A program made the position numbers and the translations under genes. From Octopus bimaculoides (taxonomy: Eukaryota), in NCBI RefSeq assembly GCF_001194135.2, contig NC_068991.1, positions 13,894,810-13,930,433 on the forward strand: a DNA stretch of 35,624 nt, given 5' to 3'. A model generated the notes under the pieces. That model did no database searches. It was not told the origin of the DNA and was given only the letters and a program-made list of their open reading frames with translations. The stretch's first letter is position 1; every line of letters begins with the position of its first letter. Shown here piece by piece: positions 21,595-32,715 of this stretch.

Positions 21595-21975
21595 GCCGCG
21601 CAATGGCCCAGTGGTTAGGGCAGCGGACTCGCAGTCGTAGGATCGCGGTTTCGATTCCCAGACCGGGCGTTGTGAGTGTTTATTGAGCGAAAACACCTAA
21701 AGCTCTACTAGGCTACGGCAAGGGATGGTGGCGAAGCCTGCTGTACTCTTTCACCACAACTTTCTCTCACTCTTACTTCCTGTGTTTGTTGTGCCTGTAA
21801 TTCAAAGGGTCAGCCTTGTCACACTCTGTGTCAGGCTGAATATCCCCCGAGAACTACGTTAAAGGTACACGTGTCTGTGGAATGCTCAGCCACTTGCACG
21901 TTAATTTCACGAGCAGGCTATTCTGTTGATCGGATCGACTGAAACCCTCGACGTCGTAAGCGACGGAGTGCCAAC
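21595..21975 (+). mobile_element. tRNA-derived SINE, family A, full length (~380 bp)
   Basis: A-box TGGCCCAGTGG, B-box GGTTTCGATTCC, ends in GCGACGGAGTGCCAAC; about 90% identical by eye to the reverse complement of 32927-33313. Confidence 0.93.
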
Positions 21976-22029
21976 GATTAACATCATTACAGGAATGACC
22001 AAACATTTAATTACGCAGTCAATGTATTA

Positions 22030-22200
22030 AGACGGCTCTGATCTGCCGTCTAAAATAAAGAATCATATATTGAACGAGGCTTTTCCTTCATGATCTTTCT
22101 CAGTTGTGATTATCACAACAGAGAAGACTTTAATTATACATCTAATAAAGAAGAGATTGTTCGGAGCTAAGCAACAATAACATCAATAACAACGTAATTA
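22030..22200 (+). repeat. Very degenerate family-D copy with an (AAC)n-like tail
   Basis: CCGTCTAAAATAAAGAATCATATATTG and GGAGCTAAGCAACAATAACATCAATAACAAC. Confidence 0.35.
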
Positions 22201-22933
22201 ACAGGAGCAGTGTTATTTTCGCTTAGATATTAAACCAGGAAAATAACAAAAGAACACAACATTTTACATAGTCAACCATTCCTGTTAGTTACAAGAAACG
22301 TTAGCTGAACGTCATCATGATTTAGAAATATTTTATCACCTGTTTCAACACCTTTGTAATGGGATTTCACAAATGAGGTCATTGGCAAAAATTGGTTCGG
22401 CAGCTGACCTAATTTCTTTCTTTCCCTGACACTACAAATTCATTTCCTTCGTTTATTTATTTATTTGGTTTCTTCTCTTTTTTCGGTTATTCTTTTCTTT
22501 ATTTTCCCCTTTCTCTTCCAGAGTCCATTACATTTATTTCTCAAAGATTTCCATGATTGAAGTTTCTCTATTTCCTTGTTCCAATTAGCCTCTTGTATCT
22601 TCCTGTCTTCTATTTAATCCAAAGACTGCATTGAATCAAATGAAAAGGGAATCAGTTCAATTTTCTAGTTAAAATGTTTTATTTTATTTATTTCCTTATT
22701 ATTACTATTTTTTTTCTTTTTCTTCTTCGACTTGATCCGCTTCCAAAAATACACTATCCGGAATTGAAAGAAAATTAATGCACCCAGCTGAATCTCAGCA
22801 TTGGTCCTGCTTTCTGTTATATCGGCACCAATTAGAGAAAGGTCTGCGACAGTAAAGAAGAGTTAGATTGCGTTTGTGAGCGAGAAGTTTCTGCCAGTTA
22901 AGTGTAATATTCGAAGGAAGTGTACAATGTATA

Positions 22934-23325
22934 TTGTTTAAGTCATTTGACTGCGGCCATGCTGGAGCACCGCCTTTAGTCGAGCAAATCGACCCCGGGA
23001 CTTATTCTTTGTAAGCTTAGTACTTATTCTATCGGTCTCTTTTTGCCGAACCGCTAAGTGACGGGGACATAAACACACCAACATCGTTTGTCAAGCAATG
23101 CTAGGGGGACAAACACAGACACACAAACACACACATATATATACATATATATACATATATACGACGGGCTTCTTTCAGTTTCGGTCTACCAAATCCACTC
23201 ACAAGGCTTTGGTCGGCCCGAGGTTATAGTAGAAGACATATGCCCAAGATGCCACGCAGTGGGACTGAACCCGGAACTATGTGGTTGGTAAGCAAGCTAC
23301 TTACCACACAGCCACTCCTGCGCCT
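22934..23325 (-). mobile_element. tRNA-derived SINE, family C, full length, with an internal TA/TG microsatellite
   Basis: Minus strand: A-box TGGCTGTGTGG, B-box GGTTCAGTCCC, body ending GAAGCCCGTCGT, (TA/TG)n block, then a 3' module ending GGCGGTGCTCCAGCATGGCCGCAGTCAAATGACT. Several partial copies elsewhere in the window. Confidence 0.93.
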
Positions 23326-23454
23326 GACTTATTTAATTTATACTTATTTAATTTTATAAACACACATACATATATGTATACATATATATACATACATATA
23401 TATATAAAGAGAGAGAGGGACACTTCTTCATATAAACGCGAAGGACAACTTGGC

Positions 23455-23690
23455 CTCTGCTGTCCACTGCTGGACGAAGGCCTGCGTTTTCTCTCCCCAC
23501 CAACCACAATCTATTGTTTTTCTCATCCATGTTTACATACCAAAGGATCTAACAAAGTCTTCATTCTAACGTTTGCATGGTCCTCTTTCTTTCGTTTTTT
23601 CTAGTCGTTTTATTCACTCTGTCAATTAGCTATTCCATCTATTGTCAGTTCTTGTAAACTCATATCCCGCGAAAAGCCTCACTTTGCTAA
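23455..23690 (-). mobile_element. RTE-clade LINE 3' end, pseudogenised
   Basis: Minus strand reads, with stops and frameshifts, RTDNRWNS..RGPCKR*NEDFVRSFGM*TWMRK..AFVQQWT, matching the established RTE C-terminal GRPxxRWxDD..WxxxAxDRxxW..EAFVQQW pattern. Confidence 0.78.
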
Positions 23691-23948
23691 TGAGCAACAT
23701 GCTAAAATGCATCATTCCTTCTTCAGAACGAACTTATAAAGATTCGTCTTTTCCACAGTGCTCGGTCTTTATAAAGTGACCAAATATATGCAACGCTCGG
23801 CAGATTCGGTAGTGCATTGGATAGAAAGCGTTTTGTTATTTATCCCAACTATCTACGATCTGAGATAAAGTCCTACCGAGGTCTACTTTACTTTTCACCA
23901 ACCCAGTGTGGTGCATAGGCGGAAGTGATGCAGAGTTGAGCAATATAC

Positions 23949-24130
23949 CTAGCTAGCATTTGTTCCGGTTCTTTGTGTTCTAAGTACAGCGCCAGAAACG
24001 AGACTAGTCTCGTGCCAAGCAATATCACCCCAAGTTGGGAGGTTCCTCTTGGATGAATATTAATAATGTACAGCGGGGAAACTTGCGTGAATAAGAAACT
24101 CTTGTCTTCCGCAAAATATACAGCCCGAGT
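23949..24130 (-). CDS. Candidate internal coding exon (182 bp, phase 0 to 2), product unknown
   Basis: Acceptor TATTTGCAG|, donor TAG|GTATAT, stop-free TRAVYFAEDKSFLFTQVSPLYIINIHPRGTSQLGVILLGTRLVSFLALYLEHKEPEQMLA. No family recognised, and an open frame this long can occur by chance. Confidence 0.25.
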
Positions 24131-24203
24131 CTGCAAATACATATACAGAAGCACGGTCATCCATAAACAGCAGAGAACCATCCACAGAACCTACACATAA
24201 ATT

Positions 24204-24416
24204 AACTGTATTTCCAGGCGCATAAGACGTACTTACCCCAATTTTCTGTGAGAAATAAGTATATTTTGTGGGAAAAAACAAATAAATATGTTTCGTCTTG
24301 CACTCATACATTCAGTATCCAATCCATAATGCAGTCAATCGCATTAAGCGCATGGTATGTTTTGTTGCGCTCAAGATTTTAAAAAATGCGTGTTATGTAC
24401 ACTGGCAAATACGATA
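24204..24416. mobile_element. Possible pogo/Tc2-like MITE
   Basis: Left CTGTATTTCCAGGCGCATAAGACGTACTT versus reverse complement of right end TCGTATTTGCCAGTGTACATAACACGCATT; shared GTATTT/CCAG/CATAA/ACG; right end followed by TA. Confidence 0.4.
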
Positions 24417-25394
24417 CTTGTAATTTAAAACACTTGTGTGTGAGAGCGTATGTGCACGCGCATATTTTTATGAGTAAATGCGATAAAGGCTGAAAGTTCA
24501 CTTGGCTTATTTTCAAATTCAAATAAATATTATATTGCTTTATTTCACTGCTTCTTTCTTTGAATTATTGAACATCATTATTAATTTCTGAGTTCCTGAC
24601 CTCCAAATCTATAACTGCTCGCATTCAAAACTATTCACGGTTAATCGTGATGAAGGTCACCAATGATGGTGGAAAATTAGCAGAAAAGATGTTCTATAAG
24701 TGACAAATATACTTAAATACACACAAACACGCGATAAATGCGATCATTAATTTCTGTGTCAGTGTGTCAGTGTGGACAGTGTATCTGCGATGTTTGTGGT
24801 AGAGTAGGGGGGGGGGTTGTGTCAGGTTGTCAAAATGATTGCGTTCAGAAAAATCAGGGTGACAAATCCAAAACGATGTGTGTAAAATGCACTCTTCTTC
24901 ATTGTGGGAAATTCGGTTGTGGAAGCACCAATAATAGCATCAAATAAATTTAGTAATGAAACGTTTGAAAATAGGTCGAGTTTTAATTTCAGATCTCAAA
25001 TATCTTGGGTGTGAAGATGAAGTGTTGTAGAAGATCTCAGAGAAGCTTGTAAATAAGGAAATTGTCTTTGGAAATTAGAGAGTTTCCACAGTTAATCAAA
25101 CAAAAAAATATTTAGGTAGGTGAATGCTGTTGATTGTGTAAAGGATGATACTACATTCCAAACAATGTCAGGAAATTGATCATGTGACCGGCCTCCATCC
25201 GCTTTCTCGATAGAGTAAATTTGTTGTAATAACAGATTTAGTCTGATTCAGCTGTAATGATATTAGAGTAGTGTGAAAGAGGGATACAAGTGTTTTCGAA
25301 AGCCACTACAGTGCAAAATGGTAATAAACAACTGAAAAGCAAACACCACTCAGGAACAAAATTTTAGATAAAATCAATTAAAAACGCACGCGCA

Positions 25395-25484
25395 CTTATA
25401 TATACATATAAATATATACATACATACATGTGTATGTGTGCGTGCGTGTGTATGTGTATGCACGTATGTATATATATATATCTA

Positions 25485-25546
<62 letters not shown>

Positions 25547-25680
25547 AATATATATATCTGTATTTGTGTGTATACGTACATATGTCAGTTTGATTACACA
25601 CACACATACATAAATATTTACATACATACATGCATACACACACACACATATATATATATACATACACATGTGTTTGTATG

Positions 25681-25752
<72 letters not shown>
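25395..25752. repeat. Compound (TA)n/(TC)n/(CA)n microsatellite block
   Basis: Multiple simple-repeat runs. Confidence 0.95.
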
Positions 25753-25755
<3 letters not shown>

Positions 25756-25889
25756 TATACAATACTAGTCACGACCACTACCATCACAACCCATACAACA
25801 GTTTTACCATCATGGGACCAGAATTTTCTACGCAACAAGAATTTCGGTATTTGTTTGGAATCCGCCAATGGTGATATATATACAACAAA

Positions 25890-26030
25890 CACACGACGGG
25901 ATTCTTTCGGTTTCTGTCTGCCGAATCCACTTACAAGGCGTTGGTCGGTCCGGAGTTGTAATAGAAGATATCCAGGCTGCCATGCAGTGGGCCTGTATCC
26001 AGCACCCTGTGGTTGGGAAGCATATTACCA
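25890..26030 (-). mobile_element. SINE family C, 5' half, degenerate
   Basis: ACGACGGGATTCTTTCGGTTTCTGTCTGCCGAATCCACTTACAAGGCGTTGGTCGG aligns with 23161-23218. Confidence 0.85.
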
Positions 26031-26194
26031 TATTAAGATACTTACAATAAATACTTTGTATATAGGTTATATATGTTTCATGTATATGTATGGTTGTGTG
26101 TATGCACACACACATATATGTACATACATGTGTGTATACATGCGTGCACAAACATACATACAATATATGCGTAATATATATATATATATATATA

Positions 26195-27050
26195 NNNNNN
26201 NNNNNNNNNNNNNNNNNNNNNNNNNNNNNNNNNNNNNNNNNNNNNNNNNNNNNNNNNNNNNNNNNNNNNNNNNNNNNNNNNNNNNNNNNNNNNNNNNNNN
26301 NNNNNNNNNNNNNNNNNNNNNNNNNNNNNNNNNNNNNNNNNNNNNNNNNNNNNNNNNNNNNNNNNNNNNNNNNNNNNNNNNNNNNNNNNNNNNNNNNNNN
26401 NNNNNNNNNNNNNNNNNNNNNNNNNNNNNNNNNNNNNNNNNNNNNNNNNNNNNNNNNNNNNNNNNNNNNNNNNNNNNNNNNNNNNNNNNNNNNNNNNNNN
26501 NNNNNNNNNNNNNNNNNNNNNNNNNNNNNNNNNNNNNNNNNNNNNNNNNNNNNNNNNNNNNNNNNNNNNNNNNNNNNNNNNNNNNNNNNNNNNNNNNNNN
26601 NNNNNNNNNNNNNNNNNNNNNNNNNNNNNNNNNNNNNNNNNNNNNNNNNNNNNNNNNNNNNNNNNNNNNNNNNNNNNNNNNNNNNNNNNNNNNNNNNNNN
26701 NNNNNNNNNNNNNNNNNNNNNNNNNNNNNNNNNNNNNNNNNNNNNNNNNNNNNNNNNNNNNNNNNNNNNNNNNNNNNNNNNNNNNNNNNNNNNNNNNNNN
26801 NNNNNNNNNNNNNNNNNNNNNNNNNNNNNNNNNNNNNNNNNNNNNNNNNNNNNNNNNNNNNNNNNNNNNNNNNNNNNNNNNNNNNNNNNNNNNNNNNNNN
26901 NNNNNNNNNNNNNNNNNNNNNNNNNNNNNNNNNNNNNNNNNNNNNNNNNNNNNNNNNNNNNNNNNNNNNNNNNNNNNNNNNNNNNNNNNNNNNNNNNNNN
27001 NNNNNNNNNNNNNNNNNNNNNNNNNNNNNNNNNNNNNNNNNNNNNNNNNN
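26195..27050. other. Assembly gap (N)
   Basis: Run of N. Confidence 1.
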
Positions 27051-27826
27051 ATAACTTCGTAGAGGGGAATGGAGTCAAAAATCTTTGCTGATACACGACA
27101 CATAGTATCTATCACTCTGCTACACACTTAATCTGCTACTTCATCAATTGTATCTCAAGTTGATGTTCTGATGTGTTATGCTAAAGCACCACACAGACAA
27201 TTTAAGATTTCCTAAATTAACTTACTACAAGGATCGGTCTTCATTCCTTATAATATTCTTCCAATTAAATTATTGTTGTACAGTGCATTATATTAACACT
27301 ATCTTAATCTCTTTAGATATCATGTTATAATTCGAGAGATACAGCTAATACACTAACCAGGTCGAACTAATGTATAACGGCGCCATATTCGAACGACGTG
27401 TTTGTTGCAAAGGCGTGAGCAATAATATTCGTTTTGTTTCCCTGCCATCTATAATTAAACATTCTGTGCCAAATTTTGAAGCATTATACCAAAAAAATAA
27501 ATGCGTGTGATAGTTTAGTTGTTTCTGTATTTCCCAATGACGTGTAATTTTTACTTTTGCTTTTCAAGAATATGAAATATTTGTGATGATATTTTTATAA
27601 AGTGAATTCTCTGTACGAACATATAGATTTTGTTAATGTCTTGATCTGTTGCTACCACAAAAGTACATTAGCAATTCCATTTAATAACGATATTTGAACT
27701 GATACAGAAATAGCATCATACTATATTTAGACACACAAACACAATTATATATATATGCATATATATATATATATATATATATATGCGTGTGTGTGTATGT
27801 GTGTGTATGTATATATTCGTGTATAT

Positions 27827-28414
27827 NNNNNNNNNNNNNNNNNNNNNNNNNNNNNNNNNNNNNNNNNNNNNNNNNNNNNNNNNNNNNNNNNNNNNNNNNN
27901 NNNNNNNNNNNNNNNNNNNNNNNNNNNNNNNNNNNNNNNNNNNNNNNNNNNNNNNNNNNNNNNNNNNNNNNNNNNNNNNNNNNNNNNNNNNNNNNNNNNN
28001 NNNNNNNNNNNNNNNNNNNNNNNNNNNNNNNNNNNNNNNNNNNNNNNNNNNNNNNNNNNNNNNNNNNNNNNNNNNNNNNNNNNNNNNNNNNNNNNNNNNN
28101 NNNNNNNNNNNNNNNNNNNNNNNNNNNNNNNNNNNNNNNNNNNNNNNNNNNNNNNNNNNNNNNNNNNNNNNNNNNNNNNNNNNNNNNNNNNNNNNNNNNN
28201 NNNNNNNNNNNNNNNNNNNNNNNNNNNNNNNNNNNNNNNNNNNNNNNNNNNNNNNNNNNNNNNNNNNNNNNNNNNNNNNNNNNNNNNNNNNNNNNNNNNN
28301 NNNNNNNNNNNNNNNNNNNNNNNNNNNNNNNNNNNNNNNNNNNNNNNNNNNNNNNNNNNNNNNNNNNNNNNNNNNNNNNNNNNNNNNNNNNNNNNNNNNN
28401 NNNNNNNNNNNNNN
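27827..28414. other. Assembly gap (N)
   Basis: Run of N. Confidence 1.
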
Positions 28415-28436
28415 TTGAGTGATAAAAATATATATA

Positions 28437-28505
28437 TAGATAGATAGATAGATAGATAGATAGAAAGATAGATAGATAGATAAATAGATAGACAGACAGA
28501 CAGAC

Positions 28506-28589
<84 letters not shown>

Positions 28590-28594
28590 AGACA
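28437..28594. repeat. (GATA)n-(GACA)n-(GATT)n microsatellite
   Basis: Tetranucleotide runs. Confidence 0.96.
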
Positions 28595-29435
28595 GAAATA
28601 TGTGGTTTAATATATGGATTCATATAATCCCGTGGCAATAACACAGATCTCCTCTAGCGGACTCGGCTATCAGAGGACATATTAATCCAACAGAGAGTAG
28701 TATAACGCGGACGTCCATTCAAATGAAATCTAGGAGATCCGAATTTATTTTATGAGGCGTATGTAAACATAAACAGGCAAGAGGTATGAGAGAATATATC
28801 TATTTAAACACTTGCTATCCTTAGGATTACGGCCGTTTAGAAGCCTTCTTTAGTTAATAATATTTTCAGTTTATAATAAGTTATGTTTACATGCCTCCAC
28901 TAATATGAATGCCACACATTATACGAGAAAATTATATATTCACAAATCAATGCATATCAGAAAGGTAGTTTATCTGGTCACTAGAACATCATGGTTACAC
29001 CAAAGATTCAAGCATAGCTATACATACCAAATGTTCTCTTTATATATATAATATACGGAAAAGTGAGACTAGGTAAAATTAACTTCGTGTGGTCAGTACT
29101 GATAAAGATATGTTGTTTCATATCAATTAAGGTGCCGGCTCTTAGATCAGGAAGCTGATTATCCTAATGTTAACACAAAATATAAAGGGATAACTAAAAA
29201 TCACTAACGTAATTATTGTAAATGAAACAAAATTAATAAAATGAATAGTCTTGTAAAGTATATAAAAATACATATAAAATATAATATAAAAGAACTTAGT
29301 TGGGAAGAGATAGGTGGAAATAGTGTATAGAGATTAAATTAAGGGATAGTGTTAAATAACAGTAATTTTCAAATAGGGTTAAAGGCGCAAAAGATCACAG
29401 ATGAAAGCTTTTGGGTCTTCCGTTTAACCATAAAT

Positions 29436-29491
<56 letters not shown>

Positions 29492-29554
29492 TATGTGTAT
29501 ACACATACATGCACAAACTTACATATTTATATATATATATATACACATATATAT

Positions 29555-30161
29555 NNNNNNNNNNNNNNNNNNNNNNNNNNNNNNNNNNNNNNNNNNNNNN
29601 NNNNNNNNNNNNNNNNNNNNNNNNNNNNNNNNNNNNNNNNNNNNNNNNNNNNNNNNNNNNNNNNNNNNNNNNNNNNNNNNNNNNNNNNNNNNNNNNNNNN
29701 NNNNNNNNNNNNNNNNNNNNNNNNNNNNNNNNNNNNNNNNNNNNNNNNNNNNNNNNNNNNNNNNNNNNNNNNNNNNNNNNNNNNNNNNNNNNNNNNNNNN
29801 NNNNNNNNNNNNNNNNNNNNNNNNNNNNNNNNNNNNNNNNNNNNNNNNNNNNNNNNNNNNNNNNNNNNNNNNNNNNNNNNNNNNNNNNNNNNNNNNNNNN
29901 NNNNNNNNNNNNNNNNNNNNNNNNNNNNNNNNNNNNNNNNNNNNNNNNNNNNNNNNNNNNNNNNNNNNNNNNNNNNNNNNNNNNNNNNNNNNNNNNNNNN
30001 NNNNNNNNNNNNNNNNNNNNNNNNNNNNNNNNNNNNNNNNNNNNNNNNNNNNNNNNNNNNNNNNNNNNNNNNNNNNNNNNNNNNNNNNNNNNNNNNNNNN
30101 NNNNNNNNNNNNNNNNNNNNNNNNNNNNNNNNNNNNNNNNNNNNNNNNNNNNNNNNNNNNN
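29555..30161. other. Assembly gap (N)
   Basis: Run of N. Confidence 1.
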
Positions 30162-30552
30162 GGGGGGGGGGTATGTGTATGTATGTATGTGTGTGTGTGA
30201 TACTCATGCAATTGTTTAAAATTTTGAATAGAGTACAAAAACAGGGTGCCGTTTGAAACAGATGCTAAACAATAAATGTGAAACGAACTAATTTCAGAGA
30301 ACGAATTTTACAATAGAATCCCCGAGGTATTCATCCCTTCATATCTGAAATCTATTCTACAATGGTATCTTTACACTTTAATTAATCAGTGTAATTAACT
30401 GTGTCGATGAGAAGCGGTCATTAGGCAAATACCGTAATACAGGCAGCACGTTTGATTGATTCATCGTATATATATATGTATATTGATAGTGTTGGACATG
30501 GTATTCATTGTGTGGAGACAATTTTTAAAACAAGCTGCTGGTGATAGAGAAA

Positions 30553-30940
30553 GGAGTTCAAATAGGTTATTATTTTTGGGAGCCAATTCATAAAACGAAC
30601 AATTATCTTTTTAAGAGAGCTACGGAAGCTCAGCTAATCAATAAATTATATAAGCTAGTTTTTAAAAACTGGTTACTGACAATATGATAGGACTATTGTG
30701 GTTCAATCAAGTTATTAATTTTGGAAACAAACTTTTAAGACAGAATACAAAGTGTATAAGAGGAATATGGAGGCTCAAACGGGTTATTAATTTGTGAGCC
30801 AATTTTTGAAAACATGATCTTGTGTATATACAAGCAGTCTATGGAAGCTCAAAAAGGTTATTAATTTTTCGAGCCATCTCCTAATTTTTAAGCCAATAGT
30901 TGAAGCAAGTTACTGACTGCATAAGACGGTGGGATGGAAT
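30553..30940. repeat. Diverged ~72-bp tandem array (5 units plus a partial) with a palindromic core
   Basis: Units start at 30553, 30624, 30697, 30769 and 30843 (spacing 71-74); core GGA(A/G)GCTCAAA..GGTTATTAATTT..GAGCCA. Confidence 0.85.
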
Positions 30941-31042
30941 CCTATATAATAAAAAATTTGATTAAAATGAAGGCCCATAAATTTTTATACATTATTTACA
31001 TTATTTACATTCGACGGATATTTGTCCTCATCTTGTTTGTTG

Positions 31043-31044
<2 letters not shown>

Positions 31045-31086
<42 letters not shown>
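31045..31086. repeat. (TCTA)n microsatellite
   Basis: Perfect run. Confidence 0.96.
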
Positions 31087-31092
31087 ACTGTT

Positions 31093-31308
31093 TAATTTTT
31101 GTTTCAGTAATTTGACTATGGCTTTGCTAGAGCACTACTATGGAGGGATTTAGTCGACCAAATCGACCCCAAGGCTTATTTATGTAAGCTTATTCTATCG
31201 GTTTGTTCTAACCACATAGCCGCACACTCACTCACACACACACACAAACCCACAGAGATGCACACCCATGTATATATATATATATATATATATATTTGNN
31301 NNNNNNNN

Positions 31309-31344
<36 letters not shown>

Positions 31345-31515
31345 TGTGTGTGTGTGTGTATACGTCTGTATGTGTGTGTACGTCTGTATGTATATTCCTA
31401 CAACAGGCTGCCTCACGGTTTCTGTTAACCAAACTCACTCATGAGGCACTGGTCAATCCGGGGCTATAGTAGATGATCTGAAACCGCTTTGTTACAACGT
31501 GCGCTTCTCAACCAC
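31093..31515 (-). mobile_element. SINE family C, degenerate, with an internal TA/TG block and a 10-N gap
   Basis: TTGTTTCAGTAATTTGACTATGGCTTTGCTAGAGCAC..TTTAGTCGACCAAATCGACCCC matches 22934-22995; GGTTTCTGTTAACCAAACTCACTCATGAGGCACTGGTC matches 23178-23214. Confidence 0.75.
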
Positions 31516-31726
31516 TCACTTAATAAAGATAATAACTTCTGGTCTGATAATCATTCGATATCGACTTTACTCAATGAAATTGGCAGAGCAAGTCATAATA
31601 AGATAGATCTAACATTATAATATTAGACAATGGCTTGCTGTTTTTATCGTTATTGCAGCTGTTGATGTCGTTGTTGCTACTGCTTTGTTATTGAGCTCTT
31701 CATTGTTTTCTAATCCCATGTGAGTG

Positions 31727-31760
31727 CTGATCGAGCAGATCTAATGTCGAATTCATTGAT
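31727..31760 (-). repeat. Possible short family-D fragment
   Basis: Reverse complement AATGAATTCGACATTAGATCTGCTCGATCAGC weakly resembles the TTTGATCATAG(A/G)T(T/C)TG segment. Confidence 0.3.
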
Positions 31761-31943
31761 GACATTAGCGTATTTTCATTCATTTGTTTATTATTATTTC
31801 CTTTATATCACACGCTAGTGTCTTTTTAAGATCGCAGAGTGGGATATAAAAAAAAAGATTTAGATGTTATTCCTAGTACATCAAAAAATTACGTGGAAAA
31901 CTCAATCGGGTTCTCTCCCTTACTTTGCTGGTGAAATCAATAT

Positions 31944-32160
31944 GATACTTTCTACTATAGACGCAAAGAATGGAATTAGTAATGTAAGGGGCAAGTCGAT
32001 TACATCCATCCCAATGTTCAACTGGTACTTATTTCATCGACCCCGAAACAATGAAAGGCAATGTCGATCTCGGCAGAATTTGAACTTAGAACATAAAGAC
32101 AGACGAAATGCTACTAAGCATTTTGTCCGGCGTACTAAGGATTCTGCTAGCTGGATTGCC
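31944..32160 (-). mobile_element. SINE family B, near full length
   Basis: AACTGGTACTTATTTCATCGACCCCGAAACAATGAAAGGCAATGTCGATCTCGGCAGAATTTGAACTTAGAAC..CCGGCGTACTAAGGATTCTGCTAGCT matches the reverse complement of 5553-5714; its tail TTTCTACT also matches ~9378. Confidence 0.88.
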
Positions 32161-32715
32161 ATTTAGTTATGTCTTTTCTTTACGACGTAATTATTTACTA
32201 ATAAGCTTTTTAATGCTTGATGGATTCAATTTTAAAATCTAAGGTGTATGTGTTGTCTCTACTTTGTACATGTCAATCTGCTGGTTACTTATGTAATATG
32301 ACGAGAAGCTCTGTACATTGTCTTACGTGATGTAAAACTGTTTCGTTTTCCCGTCTGTCTCTATTAGTGTTTAATCCTGGCTCATTTGTAATCCACCAGA
32401 CCTATAATCATTTTAGCCACTACTATATACTATTTTTCAGACAAAGTTTATCTTAAACTATATTATCCAAAGCATTGTTTCTTTTCGTTTTAAATGCATT
32501 TGAGTGTGACTATAATTTTACTGTCATTTCTTCCAAGTTACATAACCTCATAAGAGGTTCTTTGTCACCTTGTATGTCTTAATAGACAATATTTTTATTG
32601 CTACAGCTTTGTTGCTACTTTGGAGCTGTACTTAACGATTATATTTTACAGCCACTCGATCTCTGTCGAACTATTTTATCATCAGTTTCAATTCAGCATC
32701 GACCATCATTATGTC

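Noticed and set aside
21595-21670. tRNA gene
   Set aside because: Anticodon and acceptor stems do not pair properly and the sequence continues into a 300-bp repeat body; it is a SINE head (same for 33240-33313 and 23250-23325).
23998-24013. Perfect 16-bp palindrome ACGAGACTAGTCTCGT
   Set aside because: About one such palindrome per few tens of kb is expected by chance; no supporting context.
25030-25310. Minus-strand RT-like words ISLFTSFSEIF and GFRKH
   Set aside because: They occur in the wrong order for an RT domain and the surrounding frames are full of stops.
27361-30326. Micro-exon candidates VELMYNGAIFERRVCCKG (~27361-27414) and ENEFYNRIPE (30298-30326), plus strand
   Set aside because: Too short, and splice-like motifs are frequent by chance.
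30553-30940. CRISPR array
   Set aside because: Eukaryotic context, no cas genes, degenerate repeats and mutually similar spacers; reported as a tandem repeat instead.
30985-31045. Possible Penelope-like terminal fragment (TTTACATTA repeats plus GACGGATATTTGTCCTCATC)
   Set aside because: Based only on recollection, with no second copy or diagnostic motif in the window.
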